IMG/VR virus record: IMGVR_UViG_3300020463_000022
Location: 1 to 61,441 of that record
Strand: one strand, 5' to 3'
Source of the DNA: a virus
Lineage: Duplodnaviria > Caudoviricetes
Length of the DNA: 61,441 bases
Part shown: positions 32,801-43,800 of the stretch, piece after piece
Layout of the letters: every line of letters starts with the position of its first letter
Position numbering within the stretch: the stretch's first letter is position 1
The notes under the pieces: generated by a model
Told to the model about the DNA's origin: nothing
Databases searched by the model: none
Seen by the model: the letters and a program-made list of their open reading frames with translations, nothing else
Translations under genes and position numbers: made by a program

Positions 32801-34046
32801 CCATGGCAATTCAGGAATTAAACCAAACAACGTAACTAGCGCAATTGCAATATGCGTTCCTGTTGGATTTAAAGAAATAACAGTGTTAACCTCAGTAAAT
32901 TCTAACGTAAGAGTAAAAAACCAGTTATCATACCCCAATCAGCAATTCCCTTTAATGGTTGGCACATTGAGCACATATTGTAATACTAGATGGTTTGAGG
33001 TTATCGGAAGTTTATCTTCTACTCAACAGCTTACTTCTACTGGACATCCAACCCCTACGCAGTCTTTGACTTTTCCACAAGTAACTGCATATGCAGGAGG
33101 ATCCGGAGCTGGTGCTGATACTTTTGTTTTTGGTTCCAGCGTAGTTACTCACCTTAACCAAGCCCCACCATTACCATATCGTACTGCTAATTTTGTAAGC
33201 GGAACAGATTCGTTTATAGTGTCTGGGGTTAACACAGCAGCATCCAACCAGCACAGTTTTAAAGTGGGGCCTGGATTTAGATCAACCAACTTTAATCAAG
33301 GAACAATTAAGTTACATACATACTACAATACACTTCCCCCTGTAACTATAAATATTAAAAACAGAGATTTTGGACAAACATATAACAGTACAGCTCAAAT
33401 AGTCGCTTCATCTCCTTCTGGAGACATAGGGTCTGGAGTGTCCGTTGACTCAAATGGAAACATTACAGTAAGCTCTATGGGAAGTACAAGTTACACCAAC
33501 ACACTTTCTCATCCAGATGATTCTACCGTTACAATTCACACAGGAAGTTTTACTTATGATAATAACGGTCAAAAAGTGTATACGCCATTTAAGGCTCAGT
33601 TTATAAGCCTTGATACATTAGGAGACCAGGGCTGGAAGCTTCAAAGAACTGGATCTGGTTTTAACAACAACACTCCTGCGACTGTTGGTCAAACAGAATC
33701 TAGTCTTGGAAGTGACAGTACAACAGGATCTGCACTGCCTTTTAGTCAATGGGGTGATACTACGGTTATATCAAATGGAGCCTTTGTTACAAATTCAGGG
33801 TCTGGATTAAAGTTAATAGGTGGAACTTTCTTTGATAACACTGGAAATATGACGGGGACTGTAGATGTTACGATTAAAGTAGTATTAAGCGTGATAGACT
33901 TTGTTCCAAAATTCGGATTATTGGTAATTACAGATGACACTCCACCTACTATTTCTAATGCAGTTACGTCAATATTTTATCAGAGAGATTATTTTAATAA
34001 TACGCTACAACCATTTGTTGGTAAAACCATAACTATAAACATATAG
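26871..34046 (+). CDS. Tail stabilization/nozzle protein with TSP3-like repeat insertion
   Basis: [11 protein letters not shown]...[50 protein letters not shown], then about 20 acidic repeats. Confidence 0.8.
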   Translation: MKLKNIFSAGKMNKDSDERLVQNGEFRDALNVKVANSSGSDVGAVENEISNAVLSSLSMGNNAICIGSVADDVNNKIYWFVRSDLGSYICEYDSDNNTSTFVLIDTRTGHNNVLNFTKTNFIESNILIDIDNNKRFLFFTDGLNPPRRVEIDSAKLIDGNDFDKYDIDVVQKPPLYPPVLTLQSATNEENTIEERFVYFAYRYKYKHGEYSALSPFSEVAFFPKSFSIDFSTGLNKSMVNANGSVSIQFDTGSKNVTDIDIVFKESNSSNLYIVESINKQDESYGNNATQNFLFQNSKIYKVLPEKELFRVYDNVPLKAKTQQLIGNRIVYANYVENFNLIDANGNKVKPAINLQATTTAITTPPVSSVKSNKDYEAGIVYLDDYGRATTVVTSSQSSTNVPLSNQKLQNKLQITINHLPPAFAKKYRVYIKQSKGNYESISPAIFYEEQETGYVYVQLNGNDKNKIKEGEFLVVKADSRGVKTGLIETQVLEMKDQLINFLEDSTYPGANDPPIAQQSGFYAKFKPSGYSLSIDDFIRTEHTDYDDSSNGRDNPLGIQFTSSVVEGPFYYGTNGAVTDVTLGGTYTISEEFARIRVEIDGINVDVNGDGSLIVDTFQWSVDTLDNDGTNTLSATNLTITPGTPIALTGSGLTIDFAAATGHTIGDRWMFNARPSTINALYTNASVRDERAFSTFRSFPQAEEEIGLGTIINFTYDEYNRGDQFVTHEFVVNQTFKNLEEWYHESGAKAILNPDIPENRIFFLRGTYGSNQSVINNSLTSDLLMIIRSKFQQNTSISKRVKVNNTFVLLTRQTTDIINLETKPETINSEIFYELPATYNINSQGYHEAPSGGTTQTDSTQATFELPFFNCFSWGNCVESYKIKDDFNAKFFEPENRPSSNLKDYKQNNRTTSLTYSNVYDQTTKYNGLNEFNLSTANYKDMDDFYGSINKIVGRESDLVVFQENRVSKLLFNKSVLFNADGSGNVAASTNILGQDVPYLGEYGVTANPFAVIMWGGRIYFVDERRRVVCRLSRDGITQISDYGMLDFFGDALKATPEVIGAYDPTDRSYSLSLRGTQEEWREDEVECEILYDSTDTDGDGTVDSIDTDDDNDGVLDTADAFPLDSTESVDTDGDGVGNNADTDDDGDGVDDAQDAFPLDSSETTDTDSDGTGDNADTDDDGDGVLDVNEGDMDGDGIDDNDDTDTDGDGTPNSTDTDDDNDGVPDASDALPTNPNETVDTDGDGIGNNQDTDDDGDGVLDTADAFPLDSTESVDTDGDGVGNNADTDDDGDGVLDTADAFPLDSTETTDSDSDGVGDNADPDDDNDGIPDVAETDTDRDGVPDEQDADSDNDGVLDSSDAFPTDPNETTDTDSDGIGDNADTDDDGDGVLDTADAFPLDSTETVDTDSDGTGDNADTDDDNDGVLDTQDAFPLDATETTDTDSDGTGDNADTDDDNDGVLDVQDAFPLDSTESVDTDSDGIGNNADTDDDGDGVADSSDAFPLDATESVDTDSDGIGDNADTDDDNDGTLDTSDAFPLDASETTDTDGDGTGDNADTDDDNDGTPDSSDAFPLDATETTDTDSDGIGDNADTDDDNDGVLDSADAFPLDATETTDTDSDGIGDNADLDDDGDGISDAYETQLGTNPLDSTDTPTDTDSDGIPNAIDTDDDNDGTPDASDAFPLDSTETTDTDSDGTGDNADTDDDNDGVPDADEIAAGTDPLDSTSTPPDTDGDGTYDYLDTDDDNDGVLDVNDAFPLDASESVDTDGDGVGNNADTDDDNDGLTDAQEATAGTNPLLADTDSDFIVDSVDPAPLDGSNPTVSDTSGGGRSTSCPPTETHHFFPNSTGLYGTSNNRLTSDFFNDNESQTDSALGLIPIASSAVRVSEYTYMPYAGGAVLMSSVNLTDTPKFSDALNGNTTGLTIYDRLITKSAAVSAGYTIGIMRNRDESAKPLTGQSINDIPDDAILEAHTTDLVPHGNSGIKPNNVTSAIAICVPVGFKEITVLTSVNSNVRVKNQLSYPNQQFPLMVGTLSTYCNTRWFEVIGSLSSTQQLTSTGHPTPTQSLTFPQVTAYAGGSGAGADTFVFGSSVVTHLNQAPPLPYRTANFVSGTDSFIVSGVNTAASNQHSFKVGPGFRSTNFNQGTIKLHTYYNTLPPVTINIKNRDFGQTYNSTAQIVASSPSGDIGSGVSVDSNGNITVSSMGSTSYTNTLSHPDDSTVTIHTGSFTYDNNGQKVYTPFKAQFISLDTLGDQGWKLQRTGSGFNNNTPATVGQTESSLGSDSTTGSALPFSQWGDTTVISNGAFVTNSGSGLKLIGGTFFDNTGNMTGTVDVTIKVVLSVIDFVPKFGLLVITDDTPPTISNAVTSIFYQRDYFNNTLQPFVGKTITINI
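30152..32320 (+). repeat. About 20 tandem ~35-aa (105-nt) thrombospondin type-3-like Ca-binding repeats
   Basis: [33 protein letters not shown] units with diverged codons. Confidence 0.92.
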
Positions 34047-34048
34047 AT

Positions 34049-35011
34049 ATGAAATATAGATCAGGATACAGAAAAGTTAAAACTCTAAGGAAGTATGTTA
34101 ATGGAAAGCCTACCAACATAACTAAAGCTAATGTGGCTTCAGACACTGATTATATCGAAAAATATTTGTCTGACGAATGCCCCGTTAATACGCTTCCATC
34201 TGGGATAACTGTTACCCCAACAACGCCATCTACTCAGGCATACAAGAATCCAACAGTTACTGGTTCAAACAACTATACGGTAAGCTTTAGTGAGTATGTG
34301 AATGGATGGACATCGTTTCACTCATGGATACCAGAGTCTATGGTTAATATGAATGGGGATTTTTTCACATTTAAAAGCGGTCAGCTGTATAAACATCATG
34401 CAAATGACGCCAACAGGAACAACTTTTATGGAGTGACCTATCCATCCGAACTTGAATTTGTCACAAACACTGCTCCATCAGAAAGAAAAATATTTAAAAC
34501 AGTCGAAATAGAAGGGGATACAAAAAATTGGGATGTGACTGTAATTACAGACCAAGACAGCGGACATGTAAGTAAAGCATCTTTTAGCGAACAAGAAGGG
34601 GTGTATAGAACATACATAAGAAGAAACTCTGCTGACATTGGAAACACAGAGCTCTTGTCTGTTCAAGGTATTGGCATGGCTTTAGTTGTTTCTGGCAATA
34701 ATTATACATTTGGTGAGGTTCCCTCTGAGGTTTCTGTTGGAGACTCACTATTTAAAGCAACATCCTCAGGCACATATCAATTAGTAGGAACAATATCCAC
34801 GGTAACACCTGGAGCCTCAAATACGGTTGTGGCTACGTCTGCTTCGGCAATTACCCCGTCTGTAAATGATTTTATGTTTGCTGCAAAATCTCCAGTAGCC
34901 GAATCATATGGACTAAAAGGATATTTTGCAAAAGTTAAGATATCAAATACAAGCACCTCAAAGGTTGAGGTATACGCAGTGAACACGGAAGCAGCGAAAA
35001 GCTTCCCCTAA
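34049..35011 (+). CDS. Tail protein resembling the C-terminal part of the stabilization protein
   Basis: YTVSFSEYVNGWTSFHSWIPE...RNNFYG...KIFKTVEIEG...GLKGYF. Confidence 0.65.
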   Translation: MKYRSGYRKVKTLRKYVNGKPTNITKANVASDTDYIEKYLSDECPVNTLPSGITVTPTTPSTQAYKNPTVTGSNNYTVSFSEYVNGWTSFHSWIPESMVNMNGDFFTFKSGQLYKHHANDANRNNFYGVTYPSELEFVTNTAPSERKIFKTVEIEGDTKNWDVTVITDQDSGHVSKASFSEQEGVYRTYIRRNSADIGNTELLSVQGIGMALVVSGNNYTFGEVPSEVSVGDSLFKATSSGTYQLVGTISTVTPGASNTVVATSASAITPSVNDFMFAAKSPVAESYGLKGYFAKVKISNTSTSKVEVYAVNTEAAKSFP

Positions 35012-35018
35012 TATTTAG

Positions 35019-35026
35019 TATATTTG
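35019..35026 (+). promoter_or_regulatory. -7 box TATATTTG
   Basis: 5 nt before the ATG at 35032. Confidence 0.55.
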
Positions 35027-35031
35027 CAATA

Positions 35032-35433
35032 ATGAATTTTAACATAAGAAAAGTAAAAGACTCTGATTACGAGAGTATTTTATTAAAGTGGTGGAAAGAT
35101 TGGGGATGGGAGGCCCCGCCAAAAGATTTTTTACCACAAACCGGATTGATTGTTTCAAAAGAAGATCAAGATATATGTGCGGGTTTTATGTACCTCACTA
35201 ACTCAAAAGTGGCACTTACAGAGTTTATTGTGTCAAACAAAGAGTATAAAGAGAAGGATAGAGGGCTTGCAATTGATTTTTTAATTGATTGTATTGTAAC
35301 TTTAGCAGATAACAATGGGTGTAAGTATGCTCATGTAATTTTAAAAAACCAAAGGCTCTTAAATAGATATAAAAGAGCTGGATATATAGAGTCAGACACA
35401 AAAGTAACTGAAATGATTAAAGTATGGCAATAG
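35032..35433 (+). CDS. GNAT-fold acetyltransferase-like protein
   Basis: IRKV..SDY...ICAGF...FIVS...RGLAIDFLI...YKRAGY. Confidence 0.65.
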   Translation: MNFNIRKVKDSDYESILLKWWKDWGWEAPPKDFLPQTGLIVSKEDQDICAGFMYLTNSKVALTEFIVSNKEYKEKDRGLAIDFLIDCIVTLADNNGCKYAHVILKNQRLLNRYKRAGYIESDTKVTEMIKVWQ

Positions 35434-36113
35434 CAACAGGTACAGCGATAGCTTTAGGAGTGTCAGCAGCAGCAGGTGCGGCAAATGCAATATCTGGAGC
35501 TTCAAGAGCAAGAAAAGCAAAACAAGCAATAGATAATTTTCAAAGACAAGACCTTAGAAATGAAGCAGATGATTTAAGAGTTTCAACTTTGGGAGCTGAA
35601 TTACAAACTGAAGAGGCTCAAAGAAGGTTTGCTACTTCGGTTGATGCTTTACAAGCTGGAGGAGTAAGAGGTTTAGTCGGTGGGTTAGGTCGTGCTGAAC
35701 AGGCAGCTAGCCAGGTTCAAAGAAGAATTAGTGCTGATTTAGACAGACAGCAGGCGGCAATAGAGCAAATGCAGTTTCGTGAAGATCAACAGTTAAGGAT
35801 GATGCGTGAAGAAAGGGAGTCACAACAGTTAGGCGCTCTTTACTCTGAGAGACAACAAGGACAACAAATGTTAGCCTCTGGTTTAGGACAAGTAGGGTCA
35901 GCAGCAATGACCGGACTTATGTCTATGGAATCTATGCAAGCAGCAGCTCCTTCAGTAAAATCAACTATGAGTCCTCCTGGGTTTGCTAGCTTAAGTACTG
36001 GTGGAAAAGACTACAGCCAGTTTGGAATGGACACAGTAAAAAAATCACAAAACATAAACACGTCTCTCTCAAACAATCCAAGTGATTTTTCACGTTTCAC
36101 AACAGGTAATTAA
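35424..36113 (+). CDS. Internal virion (ejection) protein
   Basis: A/G/Q-rich helical protein with a hydrophobic N-terminus. Confidence 0.65.
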   Translation: MAIATGTAIALGVSAAAGAANAISGASRARKAKQAIDNFQRQDLRNEADDLRVSTLGAELQTEEAQRRFATSVDALQAGGVRGLVGGLGRAEQAASQVQRRISADLDRQQAAIEQMQFREDQQLRMMREERESQQLGALYSERQQGQQMLASGLGQVGSAAMTGLMSMESMQAAAPSVKSTMSPPGFASLSTGGKDYSQFGMDTVKKSQNINTSLSNNPSDFSRFTTGN

Positions 36114-36119
36114 TAAAAT

Positions 36120-37808
36120 ATGTCAAGTAGAGGATTATTAGCGGGATATAGAGTAGCAGGAGCAGGACAAGCTCCTATTGTTGATTTATCAGCAAAGGCG
36201 GATGAGGTAGCAAAGTATAAAATGTTATCAGATCAAGTAACCTATGAAAGACAAAAGGCTTTTGATGATGAAAGAAAACAATTTAAAATGGATATGGCGG
36301 ATGCTTATGATGAAACCATATACGAAGATAATTTTGACGACACTGGTATTGCTGATTTAGATGCTGCTGGTACGAAACTACAGGGGCAGGTTAAACAATC
36401 TTATATAGAAAACCAGTATGCTTACGATCAAGGACTTATTGATGAAGCTACATATAAATCAAGAAGCAATAAACTCAAAAGCGAACTAAATCAATTAGGC
36501 GACGTTATAAAAGACGTTAACACCGCAGCTGATAAGTATAAAGAGCTTGAAGAGTCAGGAGATGGAAATGCTGTAAATGGCAAAAAACTTGACATGCTTG
36601 AAAACCTAATGCAAAACTTTAGGGTTACCAGGGGTCCAAATGGCTTGGCTTTAAATACAATAAGAAAAAAAGTTGACGCTGACGGAAACGAAACGGAACA
36701 AACGGAAGAGGTAAGTTTAGGTTTAAGAAACTTTAAAGACTTACTTGACATGAACTCAGGGTTTGACTCTACTACTGCGGTAGAAAACATAGTAAAAAGA
36801 GGGGGTTTTGTTGAGGAGCTTAAAGGATATGGTCGAGGAGCGATAAAAATAACTGATTTTACAAGATCAGAAACGAGTAGAGCTGTAATTGACGCTGAGG
36901 TTGATCAGATGAGTAATAAAGACAAGCTTGATTATTTAATCAAAAAAGGCTTAGTCAAAGAAAGCGATGTGGATGAAGCCGACATATTTTCAAAAGAAAA
37001 CATAAAAAAATATGACGATAAAGTTGCAGAAGCCCTAACGTCAGATTTAGATAGTGAGCTTAAATTCAAACAAAAAAAGGAGTTAGAAGACGATAAATTT
37101 GCTTTAGCAAAATATGATGCTGACCTACGAGCTTCAAACAAACAAAAACCACCTAAAGTACAGGTTTCTGTAAGAGAAGAAATTGGTGATGATAAAGGAG
37201 ATGTAGTACATTACAGCGTAACAGATCCTGAGGGAGTTAAGTTTACTAGTCTTGCTACTTCAGAAAAAATGGTTGATAGGTATAAAAAGGCAGTAGAGTT
37301 AAGTATGAAAGAAGACGGAACACTTGAAGATGTTCCGGAGCAATTCTTCACCGAAGATGTATTTAAAAGTTTAAGTATAAGAAACATGTCAAACAATCTT
37401 GACAAAGGATTTATAGAGATTGATTTCACCTACAATCTGCCTGAAGCCGGACAAGATGTTGAAAGTAAAAGTATGTTTGGCAAAAATTATGCTGATTTAG
37501 ATGATACTCAAAAAAGTCGAGTAGATCAGCAAATAAAAGCACAAGCTTCTCGTGGGGGTGTAAAGGGTGGTTCAAATCTTCAAAGAGGTTCCTTGCAACT
37601 AGATCCAATACAAGACTTTAACACCATTAACGACATAAGAGCAGTGCTGGGTCTTAAAAGTCTATCAAATATAGAAAGGGAACAACTGAGGAAAAATAGA
37701 GCTGCAAAAGCAGCTGCTGCCGCCGCAGGTGGTGGTGGAGCAGGGGGAAGTTTCGGCAGCAAATACAGTGGGGCTACAGGACAAACAGACTCTCAAAGAC
37801 AAAATTAA
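36120..37808 (+). CDS. Internal virion protein
   Basis: 562 aa, charged and helical. Call is from position. Confidence 0.6.
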   Translation: MSSRGLLAGYRVAGAGQAPIVDLSAKADEVAKYKMLSDQVTYERQKAFDDERKQFKMDMADAYDETIYEDNFDDTGIADLDAAGTKLQGQVKQSYIENQYAYDQGLIDEATYKSRSNKLKSELNQLGDVIKDVNTAADKYKELEESGDGNAVNGKKLDMLENLMQNFRVTRGPNGLALNTIRKKVDADGNETEQTEEVSLGLRNFKDLLDMNSGFDSTTAVENIVKRGGFVEELKGYGRGAIKITDFTRSETSRAVIDAEVDQMSNKDKLDYLIKKGLVKESDVDEADIFSKENIKKYDDKVAEALTSDLDSELKFKQKKELEDDKFALAKYDADLRASNKQKPPKVQVSVREEIGDDKGDVVHYSVTDPEGVKFTSLATSEKMVDRYKKAVELSMKEDGTLEDVPEQFFTEDVFKSLSIRNMSNNLDKGFIEIDFTYNLPEAGQDVESKSMFGKNYADLDDTQKSRVDQQIKAQASRGGVKGGSNLQRGSLQLDPIQDFNTINDIRAVLGLKSLSNIEREQLRKNRAAKAAAAAAGGGGAGGSFGSKYSGATGQTDSQRQN

Positions 37809-37814
37809 TTTATC

Positions 37815-40800
37815 ATGAACGAGGAAGCCTTATTAGACCTATATGAGATGGCTGCCAATGATGGTTACACCGGATCATTAGAGGCTTTCTCAAACCTTAT
37901 AAAAACAAACGATGAAGCTGTAAACGATCTTTTTGAAATGGCTCAAGGGGATGGCTACACAGACTCGATTGATGATTTCAAAACTTTAGTTGGTGCTGTT
38001 GAACAGCAAAAAGAAGGGGAAGATATTGGCCCTATAGAAATAACCACACAAGAAGCATTACAAAAATTTCTTAGAGAGGCTCCAGGTTTATTGTCAGATG
38101 AAGATGCTAGAGGTATATCTGCTGGCATAGAGGCTCAAAGGAGATTTGAAGAAGAGAAAAAATTATCTGAAGATTTAACGGAACAAAAACAAGATTTGTT
38201 AGACGACGCCCAAGGAGGCAAATCATCCTATAATAGTCTTAAAAATATGATGAAAGATATTGGCCAAATGGACAATAGGGCTAGAATGTATTTTGCCATG
38301 ATGGAGGGTGACAACCAAGAGGTTGGCATGGAGGCTTTGAAAATGGAAAGAGAGAATAGAGAAGATCCTTATTTACCAACCTATGGGCCTGAAGACCTTA
38401 AAGGTCTTTTGGACGATGGTCTTCAGCTTGATGATATAGAAGTTTTCTTAGGGACAGCTGTAAATGCTCTTACGGGTTTTGGAACATCTTTTGTTTCTTC
38501 GGCAGGCGGAGCTGCTGTTGGTACGGTAGTTGGTGGCGCAACCGGAGTAGTTGGTGGTTTACCTGGTATTATAGGTGGCGCAGCAAGCGGTAGGGTTCTG
38601 GGCTCAAAACTTGGTTTGGCTACCGACATGATTACAAGAGAAATGATCAGTGCCAACAAGATTTTAGCTAGACAAAAAGGTATAACAATAGAGGAGTTGG
38701 TTCGAAGAGGTGAAGCTGAATGGCTTATTCCAACAACAATTGGCGCTATTCAGGGATATATAGAGAAATTCCAATTAGGGAACTTGTTGGGGAAAACAGG
38801 AGCTAAAACACTCAGTCAGTATGTGAGTAAATTTATGAATAGATCTTTCTCAAGTGGCGTTCAAGAAGTTGCACAAGGGGTTGGGTCCGTAATAAACGAA
38901 ACAATAGCCGCACAAGGAGGTCAAAAAAACATATCCACAGACACTCCGGGGCAACTGGTTGATGTATTTACTAACCCGGAAACCCTTAAAAGGCTTGATA
39001 ATGATTTTGTTAATGGTGTTTTAGGTCAAGCAACAGGAAAGGCCTTATATGACGGATCGAGGTCGTTAATGGACCCACAAAAAGTTAAAGATTTATTTAG
39101 GAACAGTTTTAAAAATAATCCCGATGACGGTAGTTTTGACCCTAACAATCCTCTTAATATATTTTATCTAGGAAAGTCCGACGCTGAATATGAAAAACAA
39201 TCTGATTTAGTTACAAAATTATTAGATATAGGTGATGAAAAGGCGAAAGGAAACCTTTCACCTGAACAACTAAAAGCTCTCGATGTTGCTCAAGAAAGTG
39301 TGAAAGAAGAGCTAGAGGTAATAAGACAGAAGGTTTATAGGCGTATGAATAAAATGAGTGAGGATGAAATAAATTTTTTGATACCACATCAAAAAGAAAC
39401 ATCTGATCTTAAAAATGCTCTTGCTGTTTTAGAGAATTCAGACATAAGTGAAAAACTAAAACCTACACAGCTAGAAACTATACAAAACAGACTTAACCAG
39501 CTAGCAATACAAAAAGCAAAATTATTATCTGCTGTAGATAAAAGACCTGATCAATCTTTTTCTGAAACATTTAGTATTGATGGCAGGCAAGTAACTAAAG
39601 AAGAGTTTGACGCATACACAGAACAACAAAAAGCTTTAGGCGGGGGTGAATTTACCTTACAGTTTGGTGAGGATAAGGGTACAGTTGTTGACGCTGAAGG
39701 ACAGACAATAGGGGATTTTGTTTTTACGCCAGCTGAAGGTCCAAATGATAATGCGGTAAACCGTGCCTTAAAACAATTGGGACTTACAGCAAACCAAAAC
39801 GACTTTCTTTTAAACGAACTAGATGTTGAGTTAAAAACAAAAGGGAAATCAATAAAAAACCTTGTCGATTTTGGAGAACAAATTATTGTACAAACAAAAA
39901 GACAAAAACCAAGCTCTAATATAATATCTATAAACTCAGGCTCTTTAAGCCTAGACCCGTATACAGAAGATATATATAAATCTTTAGTTCAAAAGAATTT
40001 TGCTGATAAAATTGTAATTCCAAATTCAGATGGAGATTATTATTACAAGGTAAAACCTATAGAAGAAATAGATAATATTATACAAGAGCAAAACAAAAAA
40101 AAGACTTTAACTCCAGAACAAAAAGAAATAAACGACACAAGGAAACTTTTGGGTAAAGAACCAAAGTTTAGTGTAGAGACGGATTTTGATGCTGAAGCCG
40201 ACATTAACATGGATCAAGTGGTTGAAGAGATGAACAATATGGCAGGAGAAACTATGCTGCCTTCAGTTCCAGGACAACTTACAACTAATAATAAGATAGA
40301 TGCCGACAATATACTTAGTAGATTTCCAAATGCAAAAATTTTAAGTACGAACAAAAAGTTCGCAGGAATCCCAGGGGTGTTTGGCGTATCCGATCAACTC
40401 ACTACTGGCTCAACAAAGAACTTGATAACCGGCAATAGATTATTCTACCAAGGCGGTATTAATTTTAACAATTTACCAGAATTTTCAAAATATGCGTGGG
40501 CAGGTGCAAACGAGCAAGATGCTTTAGAATTAAAAGAAAGAGCTATATCTGTTTATCAAAACAACAAACAGCTTTTTGACCGTTTGTGGCAACAGAAAAA
40601 ATTACCCAATGGTCATATTCCTTACTATATAGTTAAGATGGGTAGTGAAGCTATATATAGCAATGAGGCTTTGTACAGGACAGCTCTTGATAATATAAGC
40701 AAAACACCAGAAAGAAATAAAAAAGCCGCTTATAACGCATTGTTAAATGATCCAGTGGTTCAAAGTAATGATCTTTACAAAGATTATGTTACTAAACAAA

Positions 40801-43800
40801 AAACACTAGATAATGTTTACAAAAACATTACAGAGTTAAAATTATCTCAACGCCCCGGTTTAGGCAAAAGAATTATTTATGGTAGTTTTAACTCTACCAC
40901 CCCTGGGACACCAAATGAAACAAAGCAGGCGGTTGTCCAATTACTTAAAGGTAGACCTCAGTCCGAAAGGGCTTTTGTAAATATAGCCTCTCTAAACAAT
41001 CAGCTTACAGACCCAGCGATAGAAGGCATCCCCGGCGACCATCTTATAGGGATTATGGGTGTTGATGTTTTAGGCCCCTCGGTAGACAAGATAAATCACA
41101 AAAATTATCCATTTGCTATCAAAGGGCAGGTCTTAGGTATACTTGAAAAGCCAATACACGCAGCAGAAGTTTTTCCTGAAATGCACGCCAATATACTTGT
41201 AAAACAAAAGAAAGATAAGTCGGGTAAACTAACAACGCCGGTGGCCGCAGCATCTCAAGCTGTATTTCCGCTTGGAAGTGTTAAAAACAAAACCTACATA
41301 GGAGCTAAAATGTCCAGCAAAATGGACAATATGAAGAAATTAATGGGTCTGTTAAAGATTACATTTCCTGATGTAGATTTAGTTGATAACGCTGCTGATT
41401 TTGAAACCGCTTTAAACCAGCCAAATGTTAAATCTTACATTAAAAAAGGCGATGTTATATATGGATTTGTGCAAGGGAAAAAAATATTTGTAAACCCTAA
41501 GTATGCAAACTCTAAAGTTGTATTACATGAGTACGGACATGTTTGGTTGGATTTTCTCAAACAAAACAACCCAGAGCTTTTACAAGTAGGATACAATCTT
41601 TTAGAAGGTAGTTTTGATTTAGAAAAGTATAAGCTCATGTATGGTGATACAGATCTTGCCAGGGAGGAGCTGATGGTGGACCTTATATCTTCAAAAGGAG
41701 AAAGGATAGGAGACGCAGCCACCAGATCTACTTTTAAAAATTGGCTAGTAGGTCTTTGGAACTATATTAAAAAGCTTTTCAAAAGTTTTTTCAATATGAC
41801 ACCAGATGAAATTCAGAACATGACCTTGGATGACTTTATAAATGGAGCTCTATCAAGCATGCTAAGTGGAGAAAGAATTAGAACACAGGGATTAAAAAAT
41901 ATTAAGTTCAGTAAAAAAACACCCACCAATGAAATAGAGGAGCTTTTAGATAAAGGTAATACTGAAGTTAAAATTAAAAAATATATCCAAGATGAGTATG
42001 GGTTTAGCATTGAAGAAACTAACAGCCTTTATGAATCTGTTAGTGGTGATTACTTAAAAAGAAAAAGAAAAGCAGAAGGATTATTTTTTAATGAAAAGGG
42101 TCAAGATAAGTTTACAGATCAATTAATAAAATTACAGAAGTTTTTTGACAAAAAAGTACATAAAAAATGGTTTTCTCAAAAAGGATTTAACCCTAAATCT
42201 TTTCAAACTTTTACCGAGTATAGAAGAGGCGCAATGGAAGATCAGGTTAAAGAATCAATAAAAAACGTAAAAAGACTAAACAAGCTGATTGGGAAAAATG
42301 AAGAATTACGCTTACAAACCGATGAGGTTTTAAGGGGGAGAGAATCAGACCTTATTAATAGCGCTCAAAACAAAAATCTATTTACTTTAGTTAAAAGACT
42401 TAGACAGCAAATTGACATGCTGACACAAAGCCTTATTGAAGAAGGGGTAATATCAGATAGACTGCAAGTGGAAACCCTGCTAAAAAATATGGGCTCATAT
42501 TTAACAAGAGCATATCGTCTTTTTGATGAAGATGGTTTTACGCCAGCAGCTGTAATTATAGAAAAAGCAAGAAATTTTTTAAGAGGACTTTCTGCAATAC
42601 AGGAAAGGGCTCAAGAGGTAGCCGAACAGTATGGCAGAGAATACAATGAAGAACTAGAAAGCCAAGTAGAGCTAGAGATAGATAAAATTTTAGGAAAAGC
42701 AATAGGCGGAAGCATATATCCCAGTGTTAGTAGATCGGGTAGAAAAGACTTGAGCATATTAAAGAAAAGAGGTGCTATACCAAAACCAATTCGGGAGCTT
42801 ATGGGGGAGTATGTGGATCCTGGTGCTAATTATGGAAGAACGATTGTTAGGATGACAGCTCTTTTAGAGCAACATAAGTTCTTAACACGACTAAGAAAAG
42901 CAGGAATGGGTGTTTTCTTTTTTGAAGAAAATGACACGCAAAGAAGGGCGGCTGGTGCAACAGAAAAAATAGAAGGAGGAGAAAGCATGACACCGCTAGC
43001 CGGATTGTATGCAGACCCACTCATAGCAAAAGAATTTAACAAGGGGAGATTCGACATAACACAATGGGTAAGGAATGGTTTTAGAAGTGTAGCTTCAACA
43101 GATAAAGCCGGAAACGAACAAACTTCAAGTCTTGCAGAAAATTATTACAAGGGTGTAAGTTTTGTAAAAGAAGCCAAAACAACATTATCGCCTCCTACGC
43201 ACGGTAAAAATGTTATTGGTAATGTTTTTTATATGTATTTACATGGATATACCGATTCAGAAGCATATTTTACAGCTCTCAAAGCAAACAGTCAAGATTT
43301 AAAACAACAACTAAATATAGGTGGTTCAGAAACAGATGCAACCCCAGAGATAATTAGAAAATTAACCAGGCTGGGCGTTTTAAACACGGAGGTTCAAACA
43401 TCTGAAATAGATAAACTAGCAGATAAGATGGATAAAGATGAAGATTTTATTCCATCATTATTAGACAACAGGCAAAAAAACTTTTACAACAAAACAAAAG
43501 GGGAGCTTTCGTCTGATGGTACGATTAGGAAAGGCGCCAGAACCATATACCAAGCTGAAGACAATTATTTTAAGATAGTTTCTTTTTTAATCGAAAGCAA
43601 AAGATATAGCAAGGGTCTTTTCAAAAAACCATACGAACAGCTTACTGTATCTGAAATAAATCAAGTCGATAGAACTGCGGCTGAAGTTGTAAAAAACATA
43701 CTACCAAATTACAATAGAATAGGGGTTATTAATGATTATATGCGAGTTATTCCTTTGTACGGAACCTTTATAAGCTTTCAGCTAGAAGCACACAGAACAC

